A DNA stretch of 64,000 bases from NCBI GenBank assembly GCA_904420445.1, contig CAJFVJ010000001.1, forward strand, positions 641,266-705,265, in the 5' to 3' direction. Each line of letters opens with the position of its first letter. The stretch's first letter is position 1. The translations under genes were made by a program, and so were the position numbers. The stretch comes from Candidatus Adamsella avium (lineage in GTDB: Bacteria; Cyanobacteriota; Vampirovibrionia; Gastranaerophilales; CAJFVJ01). The notes under the pieces are model-generated. The model saw only the letters and a program-made list of their open reading frames with translations, was not told the DNA's origin and made no database searches. Shown in pieces: positions 1 through 8,811 of the stretch.

Positions 1-545
1 GCAAAGGATATATCACGGTTGATGTTCTCAAGGAAGGCAAAGGAAATCTTCCGATAGACTTGCTGCCGATTGACGCAAGCTTCATGCCGATTAAGAAAGT
101 AAGTTATACAGTTGAACATACACGTGTCGGTCAAGTTACCGATTATGACAAATTGATACTTGAAATTTGGGGCAACGGCAGCGTTGATATTAATACTGCG
201 CTGACTCAAGCTTCAAATCTGCTGATTGAACACTTTATGGCTATTTCTTCACTGACAGGTCAACCTACTTTTGTAGGCGGTTTGACTCAGGCTGTTGAAG
301 AAGAAGTCGAAGAAGATGTTACACCAAGCATAACAATCGAAGATTTGGAACTTTCGGTAAGAGCTTACAACTGCTTGAAAAGAGCAAGCATAAACTCATT
401 ACCCGAGTTGTTGAAAAAGTCAGAATATGATTTGCTCAACATCAAAAACTTCGGCAAAAAATCATCAGATGAAGTTATCGAAAAATTGAAACAATTCGGA
501 TTAGACCTTGCTCCAAATCCTGAAGATGTTGAAGAACTGATATAA
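1..545 (+). CDS. rpoA: DNA-directed RNA polymerase alpha subunit, C-terminal part (5' end outside window)
   Basis: The frame is open from nt 3 to the stop at 545. It contains the alpha-CTD helix-hairpin-helix motif ELSVRAYNCLKRA...NIKNFGKKS and lies directly upstream of rplQ. Confidence 0.9.
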   Translation, partial: KGYITVDVLKEGKGNLPIDLLPIDASFMPIKKVSYTVEHTRVGQVTDYDKLILEIWGNGSVDINTALTQASNLLIEHFMAISSLTGQPTFVGGLTQAVEEEVEEDVTPSITIEDLELSVRAYNCLKRASINSLPELLKKSEYDLLNIKNFGKKSSDEVIEKLKQFGLDLAPNPEDVEELI

Positions 546-580
546 ACAACAATCATATATAAAGAAAAGGACAAATAAAA

Positions 581-1012
581 ATGAGACACCAATGCAAAAG
601 ACATAGACTGGGAAGACCTCAAGATCAGCGTAAAGCGCTGTTGAGATCTCTTGCTTCATCTCTTTTGATGCATGGTGAAATTAAAACAACTATGGCAAAA
701 GCAAAAGCTCTTAAACCATATGTTGAACAAATAATTTCACTTGCCAAAAAAGGTGATTTGCACTCCAGAAGACAGGCTGTTAAATTGATATTTGATCAAC
801 AAACAGGAAAACAAATTAATCTCGAAACAAGCGAAGTTGTTGAAACAACAGAGGGCGTTGAAGGTAAATTTGTTGATGAAACAGTGTTGAGAAAATTATT
901 CAATACAGTAGCAAAAGCAAATGCCGAAAGAAACGGCGGTTATACAAGAATATACAGATTGCCACCAAGACGCGGTGATGCAGCTGAGATGGCATTGATA
1001 CAGTTGGTATAG
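581..1012 (+). CDS. rplQ: 50S ribosomal protein L17
   Basis: N-terminus MRHQCKRHRLGRPQDQRKALLRSLASSLLMHGEIKTT and C-terminus GGYTRIYRLPPRRGD are typical of L17. It follows rpoA. Confidence 0.9.
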   Translation: MRHQCKRHRLGRPQDQRKALLRSLASSLLMHGEIKTTMAKAKALKPYVEQIISLAKKGDLHSRRQAVKLIFDQQTGKQINLETSEVVETTEGVEGKFVDETVLRKLFNTVAKANAERNGGYTRIYRLPPRRGDAAEMALIQLV

Positions 1013-1014
1013 AG

Positions 1015-1875
1015 ATGTATAATCAGACTTTGGAAAAAAATCGTCAACTAACAGCAATATCTGAAGATAAAAATGTCTTCAGATATGCTGCTGTTATTGA
1101 ATATGTCGGGACAGACTTTGACGGTTCCCAAATTCAACCCGGAAGAAGAACTGTTCAGGGTGAGTTGGAGAATGCTCTTCGTGTCCTGATAAAGGACGAT
1201 ATCAAAGTCTATTTTTCAGGCAGAACAGACAGAGGCGTGCACTCAAGAGGACAGGTTGTTCATTTTGATGTAAATCAAAAACTCAACGAATATGTGTTCA
1301 CAAATTCATTGAATGCTCTCCTTCCTCCTGATATGAGCGTATCAGCCCTCAGCCTTGTCGATAATTTGTTCCATGCCCAGAGATGTGCAAAATTTAAATT
1401 TTATCGTTACAGAATAAACAACTCCAAACAACGTTCCGTTTGGATGGATAATGCATTGCTTATCAGAGATGAGCTTGATGTTGAGGCGATGAATCTTGCC
1501 CTGAGTTATATCAAAGGTAAGCATGATTTTTCGAGTTTTAAGAAATCCAACACACAAAATCCCGCAAAAGAGTGTGTTGTCTACAGCGCAGAGTGTAAAA
1601 AGGTTGGAAACATTATTAATGTAGATATTGTAGCTGACCGATTCCTGTACAACATGATGCGCATTATTGTGGGAACCCTGATTGAAATCGGCAGAGGAGT
1701 GAAACCTGCTGTGTGGATGAAAGAATTGCTTGACCAGAAAGACCGCACAAAAGCAGCTCATACCGTATCTGCCGAAGGTCTGACATTGATGTATGTCGGA
1801 TACAAAAAAGAGTATAATGACAACTTAAATAAGGAGGCTACTAAAGATGAAAACTTATTCTGCAAAGCCTCATGA
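1015..1875 (+). CDS. truA: tRNA pseudouridine(38-40) synthase
   Basis: Catalytic motif [18 protein letters not shown] is present, and the DRFLYNMMR region is TruA-like. The 3' end overlaps rplM by 29 nt. Confidence 0.85.
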   Translation: MYNQTLEKNRQLTAISEDKNVFRYAAVIEYVGTDFDGSQIQPGRRTVQGELENALRVLIKDDIKVYFSGRTDRGVHSRGQVVHFDVNQKLNEYVFTNSLNALLPPDMSVSALSLVDNLFHAQRCAKFKFYRYRINNSKQRSVWMDNALLIRDELDVEAMNLALSYIKGKHDFSSFKKSNTQNPAKECVVYSAECKKVGNIINVDIVADRFLYNMMRIIVGTLIEIGRGVKPAVWMKELLDQKDRTKAAHTVSAEGLTLMYVGYKKEYNDNLNKEATKDENLFCKAS

Positions 1876-2284
1876 AGTGGAAGCTAAATGGTATTTAATC
1901 GATGCTGAAGGACAAACTCTCGGTCGTTTGGCTGTCGTGATTGCTGACATTTTAAGAGGAAAAAATAAGGTAGAATATACACCGCATGTTGATACAGGAG
2001 ATTTTGTCGTTGTTATCAATGCCGGAAAAATCAAAGTTACAGGCAAAAAAGAAACTGATAAAATTTATTACCACCACACTCAATATCCGGGCGGACTTCG
2101 TTCTATCAGTTTCAAAGATATGATGGAAAAATATCCTACAAGAGCTCTTGAGAAAGCTGTTAAAGGTATGCTTCAGCACAACACTCTGGGCGCACAACAG
2201 CTTACAAAACTGAAAATCTATGAAGGAGCAGAACATCCTCATGCAGCTCAAAAACCTGTAGAATATTCATTGGAGGTTAAATAA
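1847..2284 (+). CDS. rplM: 50S ribosomal protein L13
   Basis: [15 protein letters not shown]...GDFVVVINA...[10 protein letters not shown] is a typical L13 sequence. Confidence 0.92.
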   Translation: MKTYSAKPHEVEAKWYLIDAEGQTLGRLAVVIADILRGKNKVEYTPHVDTGDFVVVINAGKIKVTGKKETDKIYYHHTQYPGGLRSISFKDMMEKYPTRALEKAVKGMLQHNTLGAQQLTKLKIYEGAEHPHAAQKPVEYSLEVK

Positions 2285-2289
2285 CAAAT

Positions 2290-2685
2290 ATGGCAGTTAA
2301 AGAAATAAATACAGCCGGACGCAGAAAGACTGCTATTGCTACAATTGCTTTGAAACCGGGCAAAGGCAGAATTTTCATCAACGGCAGAAGCATAAAAGAC
2401 TACTTCGGCGGAAGAGCTACTTTAGAGATGATGATTTATCAACCGTTAGCATTGACAGGCAATGAAACAAAATACGATGTTATCGTTAAAGCTATCGGCG
2501 GCGGAATTTGTGCTCAGGCAGGCGCTATCAGACATGCTATTTCTAAAGCGTTGCTTGAAGCTAATGAAGAAAATAAATCAGTTCTCCGCTCTCAAGGGCT
2601 TCTTACAAGAGATGCAAGAATCAAAGAACGTAAAAAATACGGTAGAAAAAGAGCAAGAAAACGTTTCCAATTCTCAAAACGTTAA
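2290..2685 (+). CDS. rpsI: 30S ribosomal protein S9
   Basis: GRRKTAIA...GGGICAQAGAIRHAISKAL...TRDARIKERKKYGRKRARKRFQFSKR is a typical S9 sequence. Confidence 0.92.
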   Translation: MAVKEINTAGRRKTAIATIALKPGKGRIFINGRSIKDYFGGRATLEMMIYQPLALTGNETKYDVIVKAIGGGICAQAGAIRHAISKALLEANEENKSVLRSQGLLTRDARIKERKKYGRKRARKRFQFSKR

Positions 2686-2710
2686 TACCCTCTTTTGTAT
2701 ATATTTTCAA

Positions 2711-2737
2711 AAAATCCCCTCTATCAGGGGATTTTTT
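2711..2737 (+). terminator. Rho-independent terminator after rpsI
   Basis: Hairpin aaaatcccct-ctatc-aggggatttt is followed by a T-run. Confidence 0.7.
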
Positions 2738-2838
2738 GTTGCCTTTGAAAATGTCCGGGTGGGGAATATGCTTTATGGGCTAAAATTCATATCATAATCA
2801 TGTGCATATTCCACTCTCACTCATAAACATTAACTTAC

Positions 2839-2863
2839 AGACCGACGGAAGTTGGTCTTTTTA
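2839..2863 (+). terminator. Second plus-strand hairpin with T-run
   Basis: agaccgac-ggaa-gttggtct is followed by tttttattt. Confidence 0.5.
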
Positions 2864-2865
2864 TT

Positions 2866-2899
2866 TAAAAAATGATGGACACTAAGTCCATCATTTTTT
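2866..2899. terminator. Bidirectional terminator
   Basis: aaaaaatgatggac-actaa-gtccatcatttttt has an A-run, a stem and a T-run. It lies immediately downstream of the minus-strand gene 2916..3452. Confidence 0.6.
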
Positions 2900-2915
2900 A
2901 ATTCTATTTATTTAC

Positions 2916-3452
2916 CTATTTCCCGTATTTTTTCTGCAGACGGGCTTTGGTTGCTTCAATTTTTACCGAATTAATTTCATCTAATCTCTTATTCGCCAGT
3001 TTTTCTGCAAATTCAGGATTTTTTAAATATTCAGCTTTTCTTTCTGCTTCTGTCAGAGCTTTTTCAAGTGCTTTTCCTTTTTCTGTATTTCCTTGCACTT
3101 TGAATATAAAAGCACTTTTCCGAGCTGATTTATTTGCCTGTTCTCCGATTGCTGCTTTATATGCTGCATCTGCGTTCATCAACTCAGCACTTTCTTGAGC
3201 TGATTTATTTGCCTTTTTCCCTGTTACAAGATCCATAAGTTTTTCATCAGGTGTTTTGGGAGCTGTTTTTGCTGCTGTTTTTTTCGATCTGCGAACAAGA
3301 GCTCTTCCGCTTGCGTCCATTGCATCCATGCTTCTTTTCAATTTTTCAGCTGCATCAGTATGTTGTTGAATCTTTTTGGCAACATGCTTTGCTGAAGACT
3401 TTGCTTTTGTTGCGATTCCGCCTACAATACCTTTAACTTGATTTAAATTCAT
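2916..3452 (-). CDS. Hypothetical Lys/Ala-rich, probably helical protein
   Basis: A 178-aa ORF is preceded by a perfect AAGGAGG Shine-Dalgarno sequence 5 nt upstream of the ATG. It contains the internal repeat ANKSAQES/ANKSARKS. I recognise no family. Confidence 0.6.
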   Translation of the reverse strand: MNLNQVKGIVGGIATKAKSSAKHVAKKIQQHTDAAEKLKRSMDAMDASGRALVRRSKKTAAKTAPKTPDEKLMDLVTGKKANKSAQESAELMNADAAYKAAIGEQANKSARKSAFIFKVQGNTEKGKALEKALTEAERKAEYLKNPEFAEKLANKRLDEINSVKIEATKARLQKKYGK

Positions 3453-3557
3453 TTCGCCTCCTTGTATTTATAAATTCTTGTTTCATATTTTATATAAAGT
3501 AAAAAATTTTTTTTTTTGACATGTTATGGGTTTTGAAGTTTACATCTTTTAATAAGA

Positions 3558-3586
3558 AAGGCTCTTTTGATTATCAAAAGAGCCTT
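3558..3586 (-). terminator. Hairpin downstream of rpoD
   Basis: aaggctctttt-gattatc-aaaagagcctt lies 29 nt after the rpoD stop. Confidence 0.55.
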
Positions 3587-3614
3587 GTTAGAAATAATAT
3601 CAGAATTTGTATTA

Positions 3615-4694
3615 TTAAACTTCAACGTATTCTTTGAGACGTCTGCTTCTGTTCGGGTGGCGGAGTTTTCTCAGAGCTTTTGCTTCGATTTGTCTGATTC
3701 TTTCTCTTGTTACGCCAAAGAGCTGGCCGACTTCTTCAAGAGTTCTTTGACGACCGTCGTCCATGCCGAAACGCAGTCTCAGAACATCTCTTTCTCTTGG
3801 AGATAAGCTGCTCAACACTTCTGCAAGGTCTTCTCTCAAGAGTTCATGGGCAACTGTTTTGACAGGAGCGTCAGCTTCTTTATCTTCGATAAAATCACCC
3901 AATCTTGAGTCTTCTTCTTTTCCGATAGGTGTTTCAAGAGAAAGCGGTTCTTGCGCCACTTTGATGATTTCTCTCAATTTGTTGATTGTGATGCCCATAG
4001 CTTTTGCAAGTTCTTCTTCGGTCGGTTTTCTGCTAAGGTCTTGAGCAAGCTTGCGTGTAATTTTCTTGAGCTTGTTGATTGTTTCGACCATATGAACAGG
4101 AATTCTGATTGTTCTAGCCTGATCAGCGATGGCTCTTGTGATTGCCTGTCTAATCCACCATGTTGCATAGGTGCTGAATTTGTATCCTCTTTCATGGTCG
4201 AATTTTTCAGCGGCTCTGATGAGTCCCAAGTTTCCTTCCTGAATTAGGTCGAGGAAGAGCATGCCTCTGCCGACATATTTTTTTGCGATGCTGACAACCA
4301 AACGGAGGTTTGCCTGAACAAGTTTGCGTTTTGCAATTTGTCCTGCCTGTCCGCCTTTGATGATTTTTCTTGCGAGTTCGATTTCTTCTTCTGCTGTCAG
4401 GAGCTGAATGCGTCCGATTTCACGGAGATACATTCTTACCGGGTCATCAAGACCGATGCCCTGAACTGACGAGATATCAAGGTCTTCCGAATCATCGCCG
4501 TCTTCATCTTTGATATAGATATCTTCTGGAGAAGACAGAGAAACAGCAGGCGTTCTATCGAGGATAGCATTGATGTTTTCATCATCTTCATCAGAGATGA
4601 GGTCATCATCAAAGTCATCGTCTTTTTTGTAGCTACTGTTCTTATCTAACATTTTTATCAAAGCATCTTCACTGTTTTTGGCTTTTCTGCTCAT
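3615..4694 (-). CDS. rpoD: Sigma-70 family RNA polymerase sigma factor (group 1/2)
   Basis: Region 2 ([33 protein letters not shown]) and region 4 ([30 protein letters not shown]) are present, with an acidic N-terminus. Confidence 0.9.
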   Translation of the reverse strand: MSRKAKNSEDALIKMLDKNSSYKKDDDFDDDLISDEDDENINAILDRTPAVSLSSPEDIYIKDEDGDDSEDLDISSVQGIGLDDPVRMYLREIGRIQLLTAEEEIELARKIIKGGQAGQIAKRKLVQANLRLVVSIAKKYVGRGMLFLDLIQEGNLGLIRAAEKFDHERGYKFSTYATWWIRQAITRAIADQARTIRIPVHMVETINKLKKITRKLAQDLSRKPTEEELAKAMGITINKLREIIKVAQEPLSLETPIGKEEDSRLGDFIEDKEADAPVKTVAHELLREDLAEVLSSLSPRERDVLRLRFGMDDGRQRTLEEVGQLFGVTRERIRQIEAKALRKLRHPNRSRRLKEYVEV

Positions 4695-6599
4695 TTAGTT
4701 TGTCTCCAATCTGCTATATTTCTTCTTCAGTTGTTCACGCAGCTCGTATTGCAGTTGCAACGACGAGATTTCATCCTGCGCTTCTTTATATTTTGCTTTA
4801 AGTTGTTTATTTTTGTTTGTGTCGGGGTATTCATTGATGACTGAGATATTATCTTCGATGTACTCCTTGAGGTTTCTTGCATTCAGGCTGTTCAGTTGTT
4901 GAGCCATGAATATAATATCAATCAGTTCTTTTTTTGCCTCAGTATTATCGACCAGACGGTCCATTGCGTTTGATTCGAGTTCCTGTTTATTCGTAACTTC
5001 TTTAGATATTTCTTTGAGAGTATTTTTGATTAGTATTAGATTCTCGTCAATAAATTCTACATCATTCAGGAAGCTGTTTAGTGTATCAAATGCAATTTTA
5101 TTTTCATTTATAAAATAAACACTCAATAAATTTTTTTGCGCAATTATACACTTATTTGTAATTTTTTTTACAATTTGTGATATTTCGTTTTTTCTCTCTA
5201 TTTTTATTTCGTTGTTTGATGTTCCTCCTTTATAGTGTGATAGTTCTTTGCTTATTGCGTTCTGGGCAATATCCAGTTGTTTTGAGATTTTTTTGATATA
5301 CTCTTCTTTTATTATTTCATTTTTTACTTCAAACAGAAGCGGTATAAGCTTTTTGATGACAGCGGCTTTTTGCTGGGGAGTTTTGGCATCTCCTTCTTTA
5401 TTTATTATGCTGTTAATTTCATAATCTATCAAAAGCGGAGCTTTTTCCACTAAGTTTTTGTAGGCTTCTGCGCCGTGTGTTTTGATGAATTCATCAGGGT
5501 CTTTGCCTTCAGGTGTATTTATTACCCTTATTTCGCATGAGAAGTCGGTGTTTGTATTGAAGTTATCGTCGAATTGTTTTATTTCTCCGAGTCCTTCGAA
5601 GGCTTCTTTTACTGTTTCCACACCTCTTTGTATAGCCATCTGTCCTGCGCTGTCTGCGTCAAAAGCGAGGTAGATTTTTCTTTTTGTCATATATCTTGAA
5701 AGATTTTTGATATGACTTTTGGTGAGAGCTGTTCCGCAGGTTGCAACAGCGTTTTCGACTCCGTTGATCTGGGCTGTGATGACATCAAAGTATCCTTCCA
5801 TAACAACTACTGCGTCCTGTTCTCTGATTGAAGATTTTGCTTTGTTAAGCCCGTAGATTATGCGGCTTTTGTTGTAGACAAGGGTTTCAGGCGAATTGAG
5901 ATATTTCGGATTTTGTCCTTCTTCAAGCGTTCTTGCCCCAAAGCCGACGATATTGCTGTTTTCGTCTTCGATAGGTATCATCAATCTTCCTCTAAAGCGG
6001 TCGATGAAGTTATCTTTGCTTTTGCTTTGAGAGATGAGTCCTGCTTTTTCCATCAGGTCTGTTGAGATGTTATGCTCTTTTGAGAGGTATTTCAAAAGTT
6101 CATCGTATTTATTTGATGAGTAGCCGAAGCGATATTTTTTGATGATTGATTTATCGTATTTTCTTTTTTCGAGCAGGTAGTCGAGAGCTTTTTGGGCTGT
6201 CGGGTTTTCGAAGAGGTTTTTTTCGAAGTATTCTGCTGCGAGTTCGTTTATGTTGAATATTTGTTTTTTGAGGTCTGATGAGCCTTCCTGTCCTTTAAAT
6301 TCAGGGAGAGGAATTCCAAATTTTTGGGCAAGCTCTGATATAACTTCGTTGAAGGACTGGTTGTTTATTTTCATCAGGAAAGAGAGCGCATCACCGCCTT
6401 CTCCGCATCCGAAGCATTTATAAATTTGCCTTTCAGGATTTACCGAGAAGGAGGGCGTTTTTTCTTTGTGGAAGGGGCAGCAGCCCATGTAATTTCTTCC
6501 TGATTTTTTAAGAATTACATATTCAGAAACAACGTCTACGATATCGAGGCGTTCTTTTATCAAACTAATTGCTTCTGTATATGTTTTTGGTTTTATCAT
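4695..6599 (-). CDS. dnaG: DNA primase
   Basis: It has the zinc finger CPFHKEKTPSFSVNPERQIYKCFGCGEGGD and a TOPRIM region (VVVMEGYFDV...LAFDADSAG). Its stop abuts the rpoD start. Confidence 0.9.
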   Translation of the reverse strand: MIKPKTYTEAISLIKERLDIVDVVSEYVILKKSGRNYMGCCPFHKEKTPSFSVNPERQIYKCFGCGEGGDALSFLMKINNQSFNEVISELAQKFGIPLPEFKGQEGSSDLKKQIFNINELAAEYFEKNLFENPTAQKALDYLLEKRKYDKSIIKKYRFGYSSNKYDELLKYLSKEHNISTDLMEKAGLISQSKSKDNFIDRFRGRLMIPIEDENSNIVGFGARTLEEGQNPKYLNSPETLVYNKSRIIYGLNKAKSSIREQDAVVVMEGYFDVITAQINGVENAVATCGTALTKSHIKNLSRYMTKRKIYLAFDADSAGQMAIQRGVETVKEAFEGLGEIKQFDDNFNTNTDFSCEIRVINTPEGKDPDEFIKTHGAEAYKNLVEKAPLLIDYEINSIINKEGDAKTPQQKAAVIKKLIPLLFEVKNEIIKEEYIKKISKQLDIAQNAISKELSHYKGGTSNNEIKIERKNEISQIVKKITNKCIIAQKNLLSVYFINENKIAFDTLNSFLNDVEFIDENLILIKNTLKEISKEVTNKQELESNAMDRLVDNTEAKKELIDIIFMAQQLNSLNARNLKEYIEDNISVINEYPDTNKNKQLKAKYKEAQDEISSLQLQYELREQLKKKYSRLETN

Positions 6600-6600
6600 A

Positions 6601-7659
6601 TTATTTTCTGTTTAATCCGTTCAGTTCTGCCAATTTCAAGATATTTTCATGTTCATTCTGAATTGGTATCGGAACGGGGATAAAGCATTCTTTGTATTTA
6701 TTAATTGCAAATCTGTCAGTCATTCCTGCGATGTAGTCAACAGCTGTTCTTTCGATAGCTTTTGCGGCATTGTGAGATGTATCAACTAATTTTTCAATAT
6801 TTTCGCAATAATACTCAAATAATTCTTTGATCATTTTTTTTGCCTTTCTTTCTTCTGGTCTGACATCAGCGTTGAGGTAGATGTTGTCGAACATCCAGGT
6901 TCTCAAATCACTCATATGTGACATACATTCTTCATCAAGGCAGATTTCGTTTTTGCCAAAGCTGTTTGTGATGATGTTTGTAACCATTTTTGTGATTCTT
7001 TCGCTTCTTGTTACTCCAAAGTATGATATAGCTTTTTCAGGGAGGTCTGAAATTTTTATTATGCCTGCCCTGATTGCATCGTCTATATCATGGTTGAGGT
7101 ACGCTATTCTGTCAGATATTTTTACTATTTGACCTTCTACCGTAAACGGTTTTTCTTCTCCTGTGTGGTTCAGGATACCGTTTTTGACTTCTTGTGTCAG
7201 GTTGAGGTTTTCGAGTTTTGTCACAACACGCAGACTTTGCTCGTTGTGTTTGAAACCTTCTTTCAGCAGGGAGTTAAGCACATATTCTCCGGTATGACCG
7301 AAGGGGGTATGTCCGAGGTCATGTCCAAGAGCGATTGCTTCAGTCAGGTCTTCATTCATCAGGAGAGAACGAGCTATTGTTCTTGAAATTTGAGAAACTT
7401 CAAGGGTATGGGTCATTCTTGTTCTGTAGTGGTCGTTCTCAGGAGAGAAGAAAACCTGAGTTTTGTGTTTGAGGCGTCTAAAAGACTTGGAGTGGAGAAT
7501 TCTGTCACGATCTCTCTGGAACGCTGTTCTGATAGGACATTCTGCTTCTTCTCTGTCCCTTGGCAAAATATCAGAGCTTTTTGCAGCAAATTCACTCAGA
7601 TAACTCAGTTCAAAGTCAAACCTGCGCAATTTTATATTGCTTAAATCAATTGTTGACAA
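6601..7659 (-). CDS. dgt: dGTPase-like HD-domain triphosphohydrolase
   Basis: FQRDRDRILHSKSFRRLKHKTQV, RTRMTHTLEVSQI and GHDLGHTPFGH match the dGTPase family. It is the first gene of the dgt-dnaG-rpoD operon. Confidence 0.8.
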   Translation of the reverse strand: MSTIDLSNIKLRRFDFELSYLSEFAAKSSDILPRDREEAECPIRTAFQRDRDRILHSKSFRRLKHKTQVFFSPENDHYRTRMTHTLEVSQISRTIARSLLMNEDLTEAIALGHDLGHTPFGHTGEYVLNSLLKEGFKHNEQSLRVVTKLENLNLTQEVKNGILNHTGEEKPFTVEGQIVKISDRIAYLNHDIDDAIRAGIIKISDLPEKAISYFGVTRSERITKMVTNIITNSFGKNEICLDEECMSHMSDLRTWMFDNIYLNADVRPEERKAKKMIKELFEYYCENIEKLVDTSHNAAKAIERTAVDYIAGMTDRFAINKYKECFIPVPIPIQNEHENILKLAELNGLNRK

Positions 7660-7809
7660 GTTATTCAGCCCCTTTAGCCTTTTTACCGCTTATATATATA
7701 ATAAATAGAGTTAAAATCCTTCAAGTTTATACATTATAGCAAATAAGTGTTATTTTTTCACTAATTATTTGTATTTAAATTCAAAAAATTTATAAAAGTT
7801 AATAATATT

Positions 7810-8811
7810 TTATCCAACGTAGAGATTGCTGTCTTTCAGGAGTTTATCGATATTTATTATGCTGATTACTTTATTATTTTCCATAACGAGTTCAGAGAGT
7901 ATGAATTTATTTTTTTCGAATTTGAGAGAATTTTCTGCTTGCAGTTGTTGAGAGGAGATGTTTATCATATCGAAGACTTCATCGACGATTATTCCTATGT
8001 TTAGGTCGGTTGAGTTTATAACGATTATTTTTGATTTTTGGGATATTTCATTATTTGAGTTTATGCCAAGGAAAGGTTTTATGTCGATGATGTTGATAAA
8101 TTCTCCGCGAATATTCACGATTCCTTTGAAAAAATCTGGAGTATAGGGGATTTGAGTTATGTTTAATTTTGCCATTTTGGCGAATTCTTTGACGTATTTC
8201 AGGCTCAGGCAGTAGATATGTTCTCCGAGGCTGAAAGATATGAATCTGTACTCTTTTTCTTCGTTTTGCAAATCATAAGTGTGTGTTATATCGGGTATTT
8301 GCACCGGTTGAGAGGAAGGCAGCTGTTCCGGCTGCTTAGGTGAGTCCTCCTGTTCGATGATTTTTATATTAGAGTGGTTAATCATCTCTTCGATGTTGAG
8401 GATTGCCGTTTGATGGTCTTTTATATTCAAGAGTCCTGTTATAAAAGGTTTGTCAGACTGATAAGGCAGTTTGTGTATATCGGACTCCGAGAGCTGGGTT
8501 ATATCTATTATTTCGTCTATAGCGAGTCCGTATGTTTTGTTGTTTATGTTTATTACGAGGATTTGTGTGTTATCAGGTGTTGTATTTTCAGTGTTTATGC
8601 CGAGAATTGTTTTTATATTAAGAACATTAATTATTTTATCCCGAAACTCCATCAGTCCGACAAGGTTTTTATCCATTTTTTCGAACACTGTCAATTTGTG
8701 GAGTCTCGTAATTTCGAGAATATTTTCGGCAAGAGTCGCATAGTGGTTGTCTGCCACTTTGAATATCAGATACAGTACATTTGTTTGGTTTTGGTTTTCT
8801 GTTGTTGTCAT
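7810..8811 (-). CDS. Coupling protein with two tandem CheW-like domains
   Basis: There are two copies of the CheW pattern: YLIFKV..Y..L...I.EI...VGLMEFRDKIINVLNIK..LGI and FISFSL..IYCL....V.EF...KGIVNIRGEFINIIDIK.FLGI. Confidence 0.8.
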   Translation of the reverse strand: MTTTENQNQTNVLYLIFKVADNHYATLAENILEITRLHKLTVFEKMDKNLVGLMEFRDKIINVLNIKTILGINTENTTPDNTQILVININNKTYGLAIDEIIDITQLSESDIHKLPYQSDKPFITGLLNIKDHQTAILNIEEMINHSNIKIIEQEDSPKQPEQLPSSQPVQIPDITHTYDLQNEEKEYRFISFSLGEHIYCLSLKYVKEFAKMAKLNITQIPYTPDFFKGIVNIRGEFINIIDIKPFLGINSNNEISQKSKIIVINSTDLNIGIIVDEVFDMINISSQQLQAENSLKFEKNKFILSELVMENNKVISIINIDKLLKDSNLYVG

